A DNA stretch of 63,356 nt, the filler included, from Octopus bimaculoides (lineage: Eukaryota), in NCBI RefSeq assembly GCF_001194135.2. It is 4 parts of 4 records of this genome, joined end to end, with 100 filler letters (N's around TTAATTAATTAA, not from the genome) between each part and the next. Parts side by side here need not be neighbours in the genome. Positions count along the whole stretch, not along the records: positions 24,886 to 47,302 come from NC_068992.1; positions 47,403 to 55,305 come from NC_068986.1; 2 more parts are not named here. The stretch is one strand, 5' to 3'. Below, piece after piece: positions 39,530 to 50,097 of the stretch; the stretch's first letter is position 1, and each line of letters starts with the position of its first letter. Made by a program: the position numbers and the translations under genes. The notes beneath the pieces were generated by a model. The model was not told the origin of the DNA and ran no database searches. It saw nothing but the letters and a program-made list of their open reading frames with translations.

Positions 39530-40737
39530 TGTAGGATAATAAAACGAATGGTTTACCCCTGGTACCTTACTGGTAAAGCATGGTCACTGTCACAGTGTTT
39601 GTTATGTATATGGTGAATGAAAAACGGAAGATAGAATATACGAGAATTTTTATTATTAATCACAATTATTTTGACACATAGCATCGTTCCCTCACGGGTG
39701 GAACACCCAACAAATGGTTCAGGAGCATTCGGCAGTGCAGTGCAAACCAAAGGAGATGGCGACGAAGTGGAAGAGGACTCCTTTAAACGCGTCACACGGT
39801 CGAACACAAAACATGTTATATAACATTGAAGGCTCGCCGTGAGAGATGCGAGCCAAGTGCCAGTAAAGGAACAAGAGAGTGACGGAGACAACCGTTAGAG
39901 ATATAAAGAGAGTAAGTTTATTAACATAGTGAAACTGTAGTGTCTGTGTGTGCGTGCATGCGGCATATATAAATAACACAGTACATAAGTCAGGCCTTCG
40001 TGTACAAGAGTATGTATACAACAATATGAAATGACGGACTGTCGTATAAGCAAGAGTGTGTGTACAATATGTGAGAGTACAATATATGTGTGTATGTGTG
40101 AACGAGGAATACAGAGCATTGAAAGAGTGTCTGTATATTGACGATAAGCGTCGGAACACAGAGATAGAGAAATACCAGTTCGTCTAAGAGTTACACAAGT
40201 TGAATGTCTGTACTCAGGAAGTTGTGGCCAAGAGCAGAGCTGTGGTGTCACATGTTGTGTGTGTTGAGCGTCGATGCTGCGACCGGTTACCTGGTGCAGA
40301 ATATTCTCGCAGGTTGGTTCTGACTGTTAACTTCGTGGTGGAAATAATCCACTCAAACAGTGTCGAGATGAAACCACGTTTGTTGATGCTAGTGTGTACT
40401 CTGGTGGTGGGGTTGCTGGCGACGACGTCGTCGCGGGAACTGAATGTGGTCAAAAGACCAGACCTGAAAAAGTCTGTGATCGCAACGACTGGCATAGTTG
40501 GAGCAAGCTTATTTATAGATAAACAAGGGCTCCAGAAATCACTCTCTCACGTGACCTTATTAGAAGGCCACGATTGGACGGTATGCACCCTGGCACGAAA
40601 CAGAACTGGTGATGATTGCCGCGCAAATAAGAACCAATCAGGGTGGTGGACACAATGGTCCAAGGCAGCCGAAAGCTAGATGTTAGCCGCTTCGTTATCA
40701 TTTGTGATTGAATGCCCGAGAGAGAGGTTTCACTACA
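39530..40737 (-). mobile_element. Probable solo LTR (~1.2 kb)
   Basis: Termini TGTAG (39530) and CTACA (40737) are perfect 5-bp inverted repeats. Flanks are CACACA and GACACA (a 5/6 target-duplication-like match). On the minus strand, promoter motifs lie near the 5' end and AATAAA (39654-39649) near the 3' end. A partial second copy is at 26823-27020. Confidence 0.65.
40485..40640 (-). promoter_or_regulatory. Pol II core-promoter-like cluster inside the LTR
   Basis: CCAAT boxes at 40634-40638 and 40573-40577, E-box GGTCACGTGAG (core 40548-40553), TATAAATAA at 40517-40509 and Inr-like CCAGT about 27 nt downstream of TATA (A at 40490). Confidence 0.55.
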
Positions 40738-40909
40738 GACACATTTTTTTCTTTATTTGGCACTTACGGCCACTACAATGGGGATATAAAACATAAAACG
40801 AATGACAATGAAGAAATGAAATGGCTGCATGGACCCCATAACCATGCAGTACCATTTGAACGTTTATATACACTATTTCTATTTACCATCGTTTACTTTC
40901 TCTATTGTT

Positions 40910-41646
40910 TTTTCTTAATTATCTGTATTTTCTCTCTCTTTTTTTTTTATATATTGAAAACACAAAACACTTTTTCCTTCTTTTTTGTTCCTTTTTTTCC
41001 AGACAATTTTACTTTTATTTTGTTTTTTAATAATCTCATAAACGGCTACAAGTCCTTGAGTTCGATTACTGGTGGCAGTTCGTCGAACTCCACCGCTACT
41101 CCGGGCATGTCAATCTTATCTCTGCACATGTTTTTTAGTTTCCTGTATGTGTCCTTATCGACCACAATGGCCTTCACATTTTCAGAGTACACATCTGTGG
41201 GTAACTTTACTCTTATAATATGTTTAAATTTTACAATTTTTTTCTCTATCTCCTTGTTCTTTGAATATGTCACAAAATTCCATTTGTTTTTTCCTCTTCT
41301 TGGTTTTTTTCTTTTCTTCTTCCACTACTGATGTCTTTCCCTCTTCGACTCTAAACAATCTCTCTATTTCACCCTCGCACATTTGCACTCTCGAGTCTTT
41401 TTCCTTCCCTGGGACAACCGGCTTCATTAGCACTGTTTCCTCCTTCTGTAAATCCACCTTTTTAATAATTGCCTTCTCTCTTTCTTTCTCCATCACCTCT
41501 TCGTCTACCTTCCCTCTAGTCACAGCTTTCTTTTCCACCTCTTCTTTCTTCTTTTTCTCGTTCTCTGGTGGTGAGTTAGTTCTTCCACTTCTCCTTCTTT
41601 TTCTTTCCACCACCGTGAATCCCTCCTCCGTTGTATTTTCTTCCAT
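40910..41646 (-). pseudogene. Decayed Lys/Glu-rich ORF, possibly a retroelement ORF1/gag-like protein
   Basis: MEENTTEEGFTVVERKRRRSGRTNSPP... joins by apparent frameshifts to HIIRVKLPTDVYSENVKAIVVDKDTYRKLK..VAVEFDELPPVIELKDL and LVAVYEIIKKQ..IVWKK. The GFTVVERKRR motif resembles LINE ORF1 N-termini; no firm family match. Confidence 0.45.
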
Positions 41647-41654
41647 CTCTACCT

Positions 41655-41987
41655 GTACTACAACAACACATCCAACACTACATTTTCCGAATGCAATGTT
41701 CCGGTTACACACAGTACGATACAATCAGAGTGTACAAAGGAGCAAAAACAAGATTTGAACGCATTCTAGATGGCGAAAACGGTATATGCCCACTACACTG
41801 CAACAAGTTCTGGAATAGGTTGGAGAGAGACACCAACAAAAGAAATATAAATAATACTTGGTACTGTTTGTTGACGCTATACCTATGAACGAGTTAAGTA
41901 GGGCAATTAAGAAAATGTTATGCACAGCTGGCCTTAAGGTCAAAATTGTGGAAAAGACAGGTAGGACTATCAAATCTATATTAAGTA
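41655..41987 (+). mobile_element. Penelope-like element, RT C-terminal/linker fragment
   Basis: RMQCSGY..ERILDGENGICPLH..WNRLERDTNKRNINNTW, frameshift, VLFVDAIPMNELSRAIKKMLCTAGLKVKIVEKTGRTIKSILS. This matches the PLE pattern RMQxSGY..GxxPxYR..W..LFV..P..EL..LKxKxVExxG. Confidence 0.75.
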
Positions 41988-43269
41988 CTAGCAGTATAGC
42001 CCGGCGCTGCTCGGGATTAAGCTAGGATTATTAAGTGATCAAGTGCTTTATTTCAAACCAAAATAAGTCACATGGACATCAGATTTGAGCGAAATCCGTT
42101 GAAATTGGTTTGGCTGAAAATGGTTTGCTGGCAATTTGATTGGGAAATCCCATAAGGAATCAGTTTATTGGTTATTTCTACTCATTGACTGTTTTTTTTT
42201 TTAAAGTTGCATTAGAGATCTGCATAGGAAAAGGTTGATTTGAAGGTTTGCATTGGGGATGTGAATTGGAGTAACTTAGAAAAACTTACCAATAGCCTTA
42301 ACCAAAAAATAAGGGGCCTGTCCCTTCTAGGTTAACTTTAATCCTAAACCCTAACCCTAACCCTGACCCTAAAACCGTAACCCTAANNNNNNNNNNNNNN
42401 NNNNNNNNNNNNNNNNNNNNNNNNNNNNNNNNNNNNNNNNNNNNNNNNNNNNNNNNNNNNNNNNNNNNNNNNNNNNNNNNNNNNNNNNNNNNNNNNNNNN
42501 NNNNNNNNNNNNNNNNNNNNNNNNNNNNNNNNNNNNNNNNNNNNNNNNNNNNNNNNNNNNNNNNNNNNNNNNNNNNNNNNNNNNNNNNNNNNNNNNNNNN
42601 NNNNNNNNNNNNNNNNNNNNNNNNNNNNNNNNNNNNNNNNNNNNNNNNNNNNNNNNNNNNNNNNNNNNNNNNNNNNNNNNNNNNNNNNNNNNNNNNNNNN
42701 NNNNNNNNNNNNNNNNNNNNNNNNNNNNNNNNNNNNNNNNNNNNNNNNNNNNNNNNNNNNNNNNNNNNNNNNNNNNNNNNNNNNNNNNNNNNNNNNNNNN
42801 NNNNNNNNNNNNNNNNNNNNNNNNNNNNNNNNNNNNNNNNNNNNNNNNNNNNNNNNNNNNNNNNNNNNNNNNNNNNNNNNNNNNNNNNNNNNNNNNNNNN
42901 NNNNNNNNNNNNNNNNNNNNNNNNNNNNNNNNNNNNNNNNNNNNNNNNNNNNNNNNNNNNNCTAGCAAACACTGTATCCCCCCTGTCACAAACACACTAT
43001 TTCTTTCTTTCTTTCTCTGTCTCTCTCTTTCACGCGCGTATGCACAGATTTGACTTCGCCATGTCAACAAACTTCAAAATTGGTAAAAGTTTATCGATTT
43101 TTACAGGTATACGCGGGTACCTCTGAGAGAGAAAATTCACTAAAATGCACATAGGGTCATTCCGAATCTTCTCCTAAAATTGGAGCGGCATGCGTGCTAA
43201 TTTGTGGACGTGCATAAACCACATTCACGTACACACACACACAAACATCCTCTCTTTTATAGATATTGA
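41988..43269 (-). mobile_element. Non-autonomous Helitron inserted at an A|T site
   Basis: Minus strand starts A|TCAATATCTATAAAAGAG and ends CCCGAGCAGCGCCGGG-CTATACTG-CTAG|T (hairpin, 8 nt, CTAG), with no TSD. Removing it restores the Penelope frame. An internal gap lies at 42387-42961. Confidence 0.85.
42342..42386. repeat. Telomere-like (CCCTAA)n imperfect repeats, interstitial, inside the Helitron
   Basis: tcctaaaccctaaccctaaccctgaccctaaaaccgtaaccctaa, running into the gap. Confidence 0.8.
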
Positions 43270-43640
43270 TGTCATACCCATTTGATAGAATCACGCGTCG
43301 AAATAATTATGAAGTATGTTCTACAAACCACCATGTGAACTGCAAAACGAAGAACACTGTATACGAGATTAAGTGCCAGGAAGGGGGGTTGCACAGTCTC
43401 CCAGAGTTCTATATGGGTGAGACATCTAGAAGTATCAATGATAGGTTCGGACAACTACATTGAGAAAAAACAAACTTCATCTTCTATCAGTATGCTGTAG
43501 TATGTCACAATACACCTGATGGAGACTTATATTACGCATTCTATCTATACATGCCACGGAAGCAATGCTGAGACAAGCCACTGAATACAAACCCACACTC
43601 AACAGTAAATCCGAATGAGGTAATACCCAGATTCCACTCA
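43270..43640 (+). mobile_element. Penelope-like GIY-YIG endonuclease remnant
   Basis: SYPF..NCKTKNTVYEIKCQE..FYMGETSRSINDRFGQ, then RILSIHATEAMLRQATE..PTLNSKSE*G. These match the VYxIxC..YxGETxR..R and LNSKxEWG motifs of PLE endonucleases. Confidence 0.85.
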
Positions 43641-44995
43641 GGAGTACCCATCTATAATTACCCCTTTCTCTCATTTACAAGTAGAAATCCATACATACAT
43701 GTTAAGATGTGTAAGGATCTTTTGTAACACATCACACAGCTGTTACAATAAAGAGAAATTAAATAGAACAAATAAATGCCAGATGGAAAAAGACACAACC
43801 GCATAAAAATTATTAAGATTACATTTATTGATATGATAAAATGCTGTGTGTGCGTCATGTATACAGAAATGATTGACAGGGTGACATGAGAACGAAATGT
43901 ATAAGTGTGTGTGGGCATAGATGTATGCGAGTGTCAAGTACATTTACGGATGGCAATAAGAAGAAAACAGTGGAAATGTCCATGAGCCACCGAAGTAAGT
44001 TCATCGACAGAAGAAAGATGACAATACCAGTTCGTAGTCAGTTGTTTTGTATTTTCATTGTAGCTATCTAAGGATAAAGTTATTGTAGGTATCGATTGGT
44101 AAGAAATATAAATTTCTGGTTTTGTCAGAGAGAATATGGATATTATCAGAGTTCTTAATCTTAAGCATTATGTTTGGATAGCTTCTTTTGAATATAATTT
44201 GAAGTTTTGTGAATTTTATATTCTTCACTAAATGAACGGAATCTTTTTCGAAATTCTCGAGTGCAGGGTTATGGGGTGGATTTCTCTAGGTTTTTAAGTT
44301 GAATAGAATATCGATAAGTTTTTTTAAAAAGTAGGTAGGCTAGAATTTGAACTTACGAAAATAGACTTGCTTAAAATAAACCTTTATATAAAAAAGATCT
44401 CCGTTTTCTACCTTAGTTCGCTCTGATCAACTTAGTATTTGAAATCTAAACAATTTTATTAATTTATTGTAAACTTTAAACGTAAAATTCTTTGTATTTG
44501 ACATTTTAGTGATTTGCAATCTTAGCGTCGAACTTGAACCCATTAGCCTTCTATGTACAAGGTTTTTAACTTTGCGATCGTTATAAATGATAGATCATAA
44601 AATATTTACATTAATTAATTTATTATTCCATCAGCATTCTATGTACCTGGGTTCACCCTGTGATTGATTTGACAGTTCAACAGTTTGTTTAAATTGTTAA
44701 CTTGGGTTGAACTCGAACTATTGTCCTCATTACTCTTATATGAAAAATGTTCATCCGATATAACATTCACGATTTTATGGAACTCTGCACTCTAATTTTA
44801 CAAATATTTTCATCTTTATTTGCACAAATATTCTATTTTTACAAATATTTTTCATTTTACAAAGATTTTTACAATATCTTTACAAACTTTTCCAAGAACA
44901 CTATAGCATTATTTTGAAATGCTCCTATGCTCTGTGAGTAGATACTATTTTAAAACTATTTGAAAACCATTTAAAAAATATTTTAATCACTTAAT

Positions 44996-45083
44996 GTACC
45001 TCTGATGAGGGAAATGTGGCTATTTGTAATTGTTGGAAGATTCACCCAATACAAACACAATTTCCTGAAACGATCTTAAGGAT
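44996..45083 (+). ncRNA. Degenerate type I hammerhead ribozyme motif
   Basis: ACCT CTGATGA GGGAAATGTG-(37 nt)-CACAATTTCCT GAAAC GATC T TA AGGA. Core CUGAUGA and GAAA are intact, stem II has 10 bp with one bulge, the stem III loop is the palindrome GATC with a C-U mismatch at 45076, and stem I is CCT/AGG. Confidence 0.55.
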
Positions 45084-45436
45084 ATATACGTTATTATATA
45101 CTACTGCTCAACTAACTTCATCGTTGACTTGTGATACCGGAATGCTTGACACCTAAAAGTTCTGGTGAATCCATATCTATGTATTTTGTATTCTCACAAT
45201 TTATATTTCAAGATTGGTTTGATACCATATATGACTTTTGATAAAGGAATTTGACCTATGAAAGTTTGTCCTCGACTTAGCTTTATGTTATTATTTGCTC
45301 CTATAGAGCGCTGATTGGTTTTGCTGCAGTAAAGGCTTTCCTTTATATTTTTCCTATGTGTATGTATGTATTTCCGCACACACACACACACATACATACA
45401 CATGTATATATATACTTTTGGGCCATCCAATATATA

Positions 45437-45689
45437 TAGGGTGGCCCAAAAGTAGGTTTACAGCTATCATGTAGGCACTTAAAATTTCTTTTAAAACATT
45501 TTATTACATTTAAATTTCTCTCTTACAATTAACTAAATTAGCATAGAATAATGGCTTCATATTTTTTTTATAATTAAGATCTAAACTGTTAAGAGATAGT
45601 TGAATAACTGTAAACCTTCTTTGGGAAGATTCACTCAAAATGCAAAAGAGATAGTTGGATAACTGTAAACCTTCTTTTGGGCCATCCTG
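45437..45689. mobile_element. Tc1/mariner-type MITE
   Basis: ~31-bp TIRs tagggtggcccaaaagtaggtttacagctat and rc caggatggcccaaaagaaggtttacagttat, flanked by TA. An internal partial duplication of the right TIR lies at about 45591-45625. Confidence 0.8.
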
Positions 45690-46572
45690 TATATATATTG
45701 AAAAAGGCTATTATTGATCAGATTTTTAACCTCCTCTTCAATGAAGGTGCATATTTCAGTATTTAAATCTTCACTACTTTTTTTTTGTTGGCATCAGGTA
45801 TCATTTTCTTGTAAATTCTGGCGGTAGAAGCATTGCCCATTACCTCTGCAAAGCAAAAGTATAGATAACTTAAGCTTGACTTGAAATAAAAAGATCTTAA
45901 TTTCTATACAAAGACTAATTAATATTCTTATCTTCTTAGCCAATAGCACATGAAATTGAGATGTAAATATTAAAAAAAAAAGACAGAAAAATGTTTCATT
46001 AAGTTAATGAACTGAATAGTCTCATCAATTATAATCTTGTTGATCATTTCTACAAGTGTTTCTCAATTTGCTTGACTTTTTTATTACACTAGAGATTAAA
46101 TAAAAAGAAATTTATTTGAGGACTAGAAAGGAAAAGAAAAACTCACTGATAAATGTCAGAAAATAAGTTATGAAAAGAAATATGTTCAAAATTGGAAACA
46201 ATTTTTTAAAATGTTCGTTAACTTGTTTCATTAATTATATTTGTTTATAACAATACATTTTTATAGCATTAGTATTGATTTTCAAAAACCTACTTCCAAA
46301 AATTCGCAGCATACTTAGAGACCCTTTGCAATGTTCGTGCATACTACATCACACCATATGAGAAATCATGATTTAGAATTTTAATCAATCTATTTTGAAA
46401 TTTGGGACCTTAATGTGGTAAGCTGAAAAATGCTTATTAATTTATTATAAATTGTATATGGACATGAAGTAAAAGGTGAATTTCAGTCTTATTTGACTTC
46501 AGCAAAGCATATACTTATTAATACTACCAAACATGAAAATGATGATACACAGACACACAAATATATAAATAC

Positions 46573-46616
<44 letters not shown>

Positions 46617-47402
46617 ATAGAAAAGACAACAAAAGAAAGAAAGAGACCTCGATATTATGTAAATAGAGGAATTTATCTGTGAAAATATGTGACAAAGTGT
46701 GGTCTTTGTGATATGGAAAGATTGCTCATCTGGAAAGGCAGCTTAGACCATATGTCTAAATTCAAGAACTGAACTTTTTGGATCATGTCGACATGTGGCT
46801 AAATATTTGGTATGTTTTTGATCCCCCCGAGATTACTGATAGGACTTGCTTTCTATATTGTGTCTATGTACAAGCTTTTTATCTCTCTATACGTTTTACT
46901 TAGATTTCTTATGTACTTTTTAACATTTTTTAAAATATATTTATGGAGATATTGTTTTGTATAATTTTTACACATATTTTTTCTGTATTCTCCTTTACAC
47001 CCGGCTTTTTACCTGTGCATCTATAGACGTGTACATGGAACTTTTTGTGCACGCTTGTAGATGTGTGTGTGTGTGTGTGTGTGTGCAGGTACGTGCGTAT
47101 ATAGATGTGTGTGCGTGCTTGCAAGAATGTGCGCATAGACGCGTATTGCCCTTTAGATTTTTCACACTTTTTTCTTTATTTTGCCTTTAGCCCTGTTTTT
47201 TTCATGAGCATGTGCGTATATATTGACGTGTGTATGAACCTTTTTTGCGAGCATGTTGCGTGTGTGTGAGCATGTATGCAGGTATATATATGTACATATA
47301 TANNNNNNNNNNNNNNNNNNNNNNNNNNNNNNNNNNNNNNNNNNNNTTAATTAATTAANNNNNNNNNNNNNNNNNNNNNNNNNNNNNNNNNNNNNNNNNN
47401 NN

Positions 47403-47473
<71 letters not shown>

Positions 47474-48039
47474 ATATATTATATATACATACACACTCAT
47501 ATATATATATGCATACATATATACATAAATATACACACATCATACTTCACAAAATTATTCATTAGGAAACGCGCGCACATATGCACATACGAAGACATAT
47601 ACACATACACACATACAAACACAAAATTATTCCTTCTAAGAAACACACACACACAACTTGAACATAAAGACAAATGCCTAGAACAATACACACATCCACT
47701 TACGTAAGAGACTAAATCTTTTTTAAGCTAATTTACAAACTGGGTCAGTGTTGCAGTGAAGATAAAGTTGTTTCATAAATATAATTATATATGCAAGGAT
47801 GTGTAGGTGTGTGTGTGCGCGCGCGTGCAAGTATCTGTGCGATCGTGTGTGTGACAAATTAAGAGTGAAAGAAAAAGAGACAACTATTAGAGAGATGTGT
47901 CCTTTTTAAAGGAGAGTGTTTTACATAATTTTGTGAATACATATGCAAATCTACATTGCATAGACAAGTGACATGCACTTAGATGTCTACACACACACAC
48001 GCACACGTAGATATATATAAATATGAATAATTAACATAA

Positions 48040-48341
48040 TAGGGTAAAATTTTGATATTAATTAATATCAATTTCATACCAGGAAACCAGCACATTAAAA
48101 GAATCAGTAGGTTCAAAAAATTTTTTTTCCGAGATCCTAAAAGGATTATAGTACTTGTGTATATAAAAGAGACCACTAAGTGTTCTGTTAATGTGCTAGA
48201 AAAAGATCACTTAAAAATTCTCAAAGAAAGATTCAGCAGAGCAAAAACAGTCGGGCGAGACCAGTGAAAATTATACTGAGGTATTTATAAAACCGAGGTA
48301 TTTATTTAACTGACCACTTAGTGGTCTCTTTTATATACACA
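48040..48341. repeat. Interspersed repeat with internal inverted repeat (family shared with 53880-54231)
   Basis: gatattaattaatatcaattt.ataccagg.aac.agcacatt.aaagaatc... is shared with 53885 onward. A perfect 27-bp IR lies at 48156-48182 and 48315-48341. Confidence 0.8.
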
Positions 48342-48433
48342 TATAAATATGAATATGTAAATATGAATGTGTAAATATGAATATGAATATGTGAAAATAG
48401 ATAGCTAGCTATCTATCTATCTATCTATCTATC

Positions 48434-48487
<54 letters not shown>

Positions 48488-49074
48488 CATAGCTAGATAA
48501 ACAGACAGACAGGCAGACAGATAGATAGATAGATACATAATACATACATACATACAATACCAATAACCTAGTTATTAGATCTCAATATACTTTCATTTTG
48601 GAGCAAAGTCTCCGGTGAGTACAGAGCATAATATTATTTAATAATTAACAAAAATTTATTTTANNNNNNNNNNNNNNNNNNNNNNNNNNNNNNNNNNNNN
48701 NNNNNNNNNNNNNNNNNNNNNNNNNNNNNNNNNNNNNNNNNNNNNNNNNNNNNNNNNNNNNNNNNNNNNNNNNNNNNNNNNNNNNNNNNNNNNNNNNNNN
48801 NNNNNNNNNNNNNNNNNNNNNNNNNNNNNNNNNNNNNNNNNNNNNNNNNNNNNNNNNNNNNNNNNNNNNNNNNNNNNNNNNNNNNNNNNNNNNNNNNNNN
48901 NNNNNNNNNNNNNNNNNNNNNNNNNNNNNNNNNNNNNNNNNNNNNNNNNNNNNNNNNNNNNNNNNNNNNNNNNNNNNNNNNNNNNNNNNNNNNNNNNNNN
49001 NNNNNNNNNNNNNNNNNNNNNNNNNNNNNNNNNNNNNNNNNNNNNNNNNNNNNNNNNNNNNNNNTCCAGCATGG

Positions 49075-49990
49075 CATATATGTATGTATGTATGTATGTA
49101 TGTCATTGTTCAGTTGTATTTCAAGATTTCTTGCCAATAGAGAAAGAGCCGGTTTCTAACTTAGATTCAAGGCTCCTTCGTTGGAATTTCAACATCAACA
49201 TCAACAACATGGTATTTTTGTTTGTATGTATGTATGTATACTTGCAGATTTTTATTTTTTACTTTATGTATGTATTCTCATGCATATAGTTGCATATCTA
49301 GACATGCCCATATATATATATATTTAAATGATAAACTTCTGACAAATTTTACAGATTTTTACAGTTCCATTGATGGATTGGATCTGTATGTAGTCTTCGA
49401 ATTAGCTTTCTCCTTTCTAGTTTTGAGAAGCCTAATTTCCGAAGATTGATATTTAGACATTGTGTTACATATCCCAGGGCCCCAATAATTACAGGTATAA
49501 ACCTGAACTTGTAATCTGGATGGAGTAACTGCAGATTTTTCAATAGTTCAGCTTAGGTGTTCTCTTTTTCACGGATCTTCAGGTTTATGTTAACATCTGC
49601 TGGGCAGCTACTTTCCACAACTGTGCACAGTTTCTCTTCTCTATCCCAAATCATTATACCAGGTCTGTTGTGCTTACATTTTATTGAGGTCTTCACAGGG
49701 ACATTCCACCAGTACTCCTGCTTATTATGAGTGGCTCTGGCTTCTACCATACAATGGGTTCTTATTTCTTTGTCCTCGGGGTTATCCTTCCGGCGATTTC
49801 ATTATAGTATCCTAGCTACAACATCGTGTCTCATAGGTAGAAAATACCGTGATGACATTATCGGACAACTGCTTATGACGTGGGTGATATCTTCGGTGTT
49901 AATTCCACAAAGTCTGCATCGGTTGTCACATTTTTACTGCTTTTTCTATATCTCTGTCCTTTTTGTGCATCAGGTACTTGGTTGAGTATG
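49075..49990 (-). mobile_element. 5'-truncated R4/Dong-like retrotransposon: CCHC zinc knuckle, REL endonuclease, 3' UTR and (ATAC)n tail
   Basis: CRLCGINTEDITHVISSC..MRHDVVA; WWNVPVKTSIKCKHNRPGIMIWDREEKLCTVVESSCPADVNINLKIREKEN; LQLLHPDYKFRFIPVIIGALG. The 3' end runs into (TATG)n at 49080-49103. Confidence 0.85.
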
Positions 49991-50097
49991 TATACACACT
50001 TTCGATGTATCAATCTGGCGTATCATAGCTTATTTTTTGAAATATTTCTATAAGTATCTTTCGATAAAAAGCCAACATCTTTGTACCCGTAGCCAAT

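Noticed and set aside
40513-40701. Minus ORF LPWTIVSTTLIGSYLRGN as a Gypsy integrase fragment
   Set aside because: Only a superficial match to PWxxVSxDLIGP; the catalytic Asp is absent, there are no downstream motifs, and it overlaps the promoter-motif cluster.
42342-42386. True chromosome end
   Set aside because: The repeats are imperfect and lie inside a Helitron whose other end and host PLE continue beyond the gap.
44340-44720. Possible ~180-bp ancient tandem repeat (gaacttgaac-like motifs)
   Set aside because: Similarity is limited to about 10-bp words; it cannot be supported without alignment statistics.
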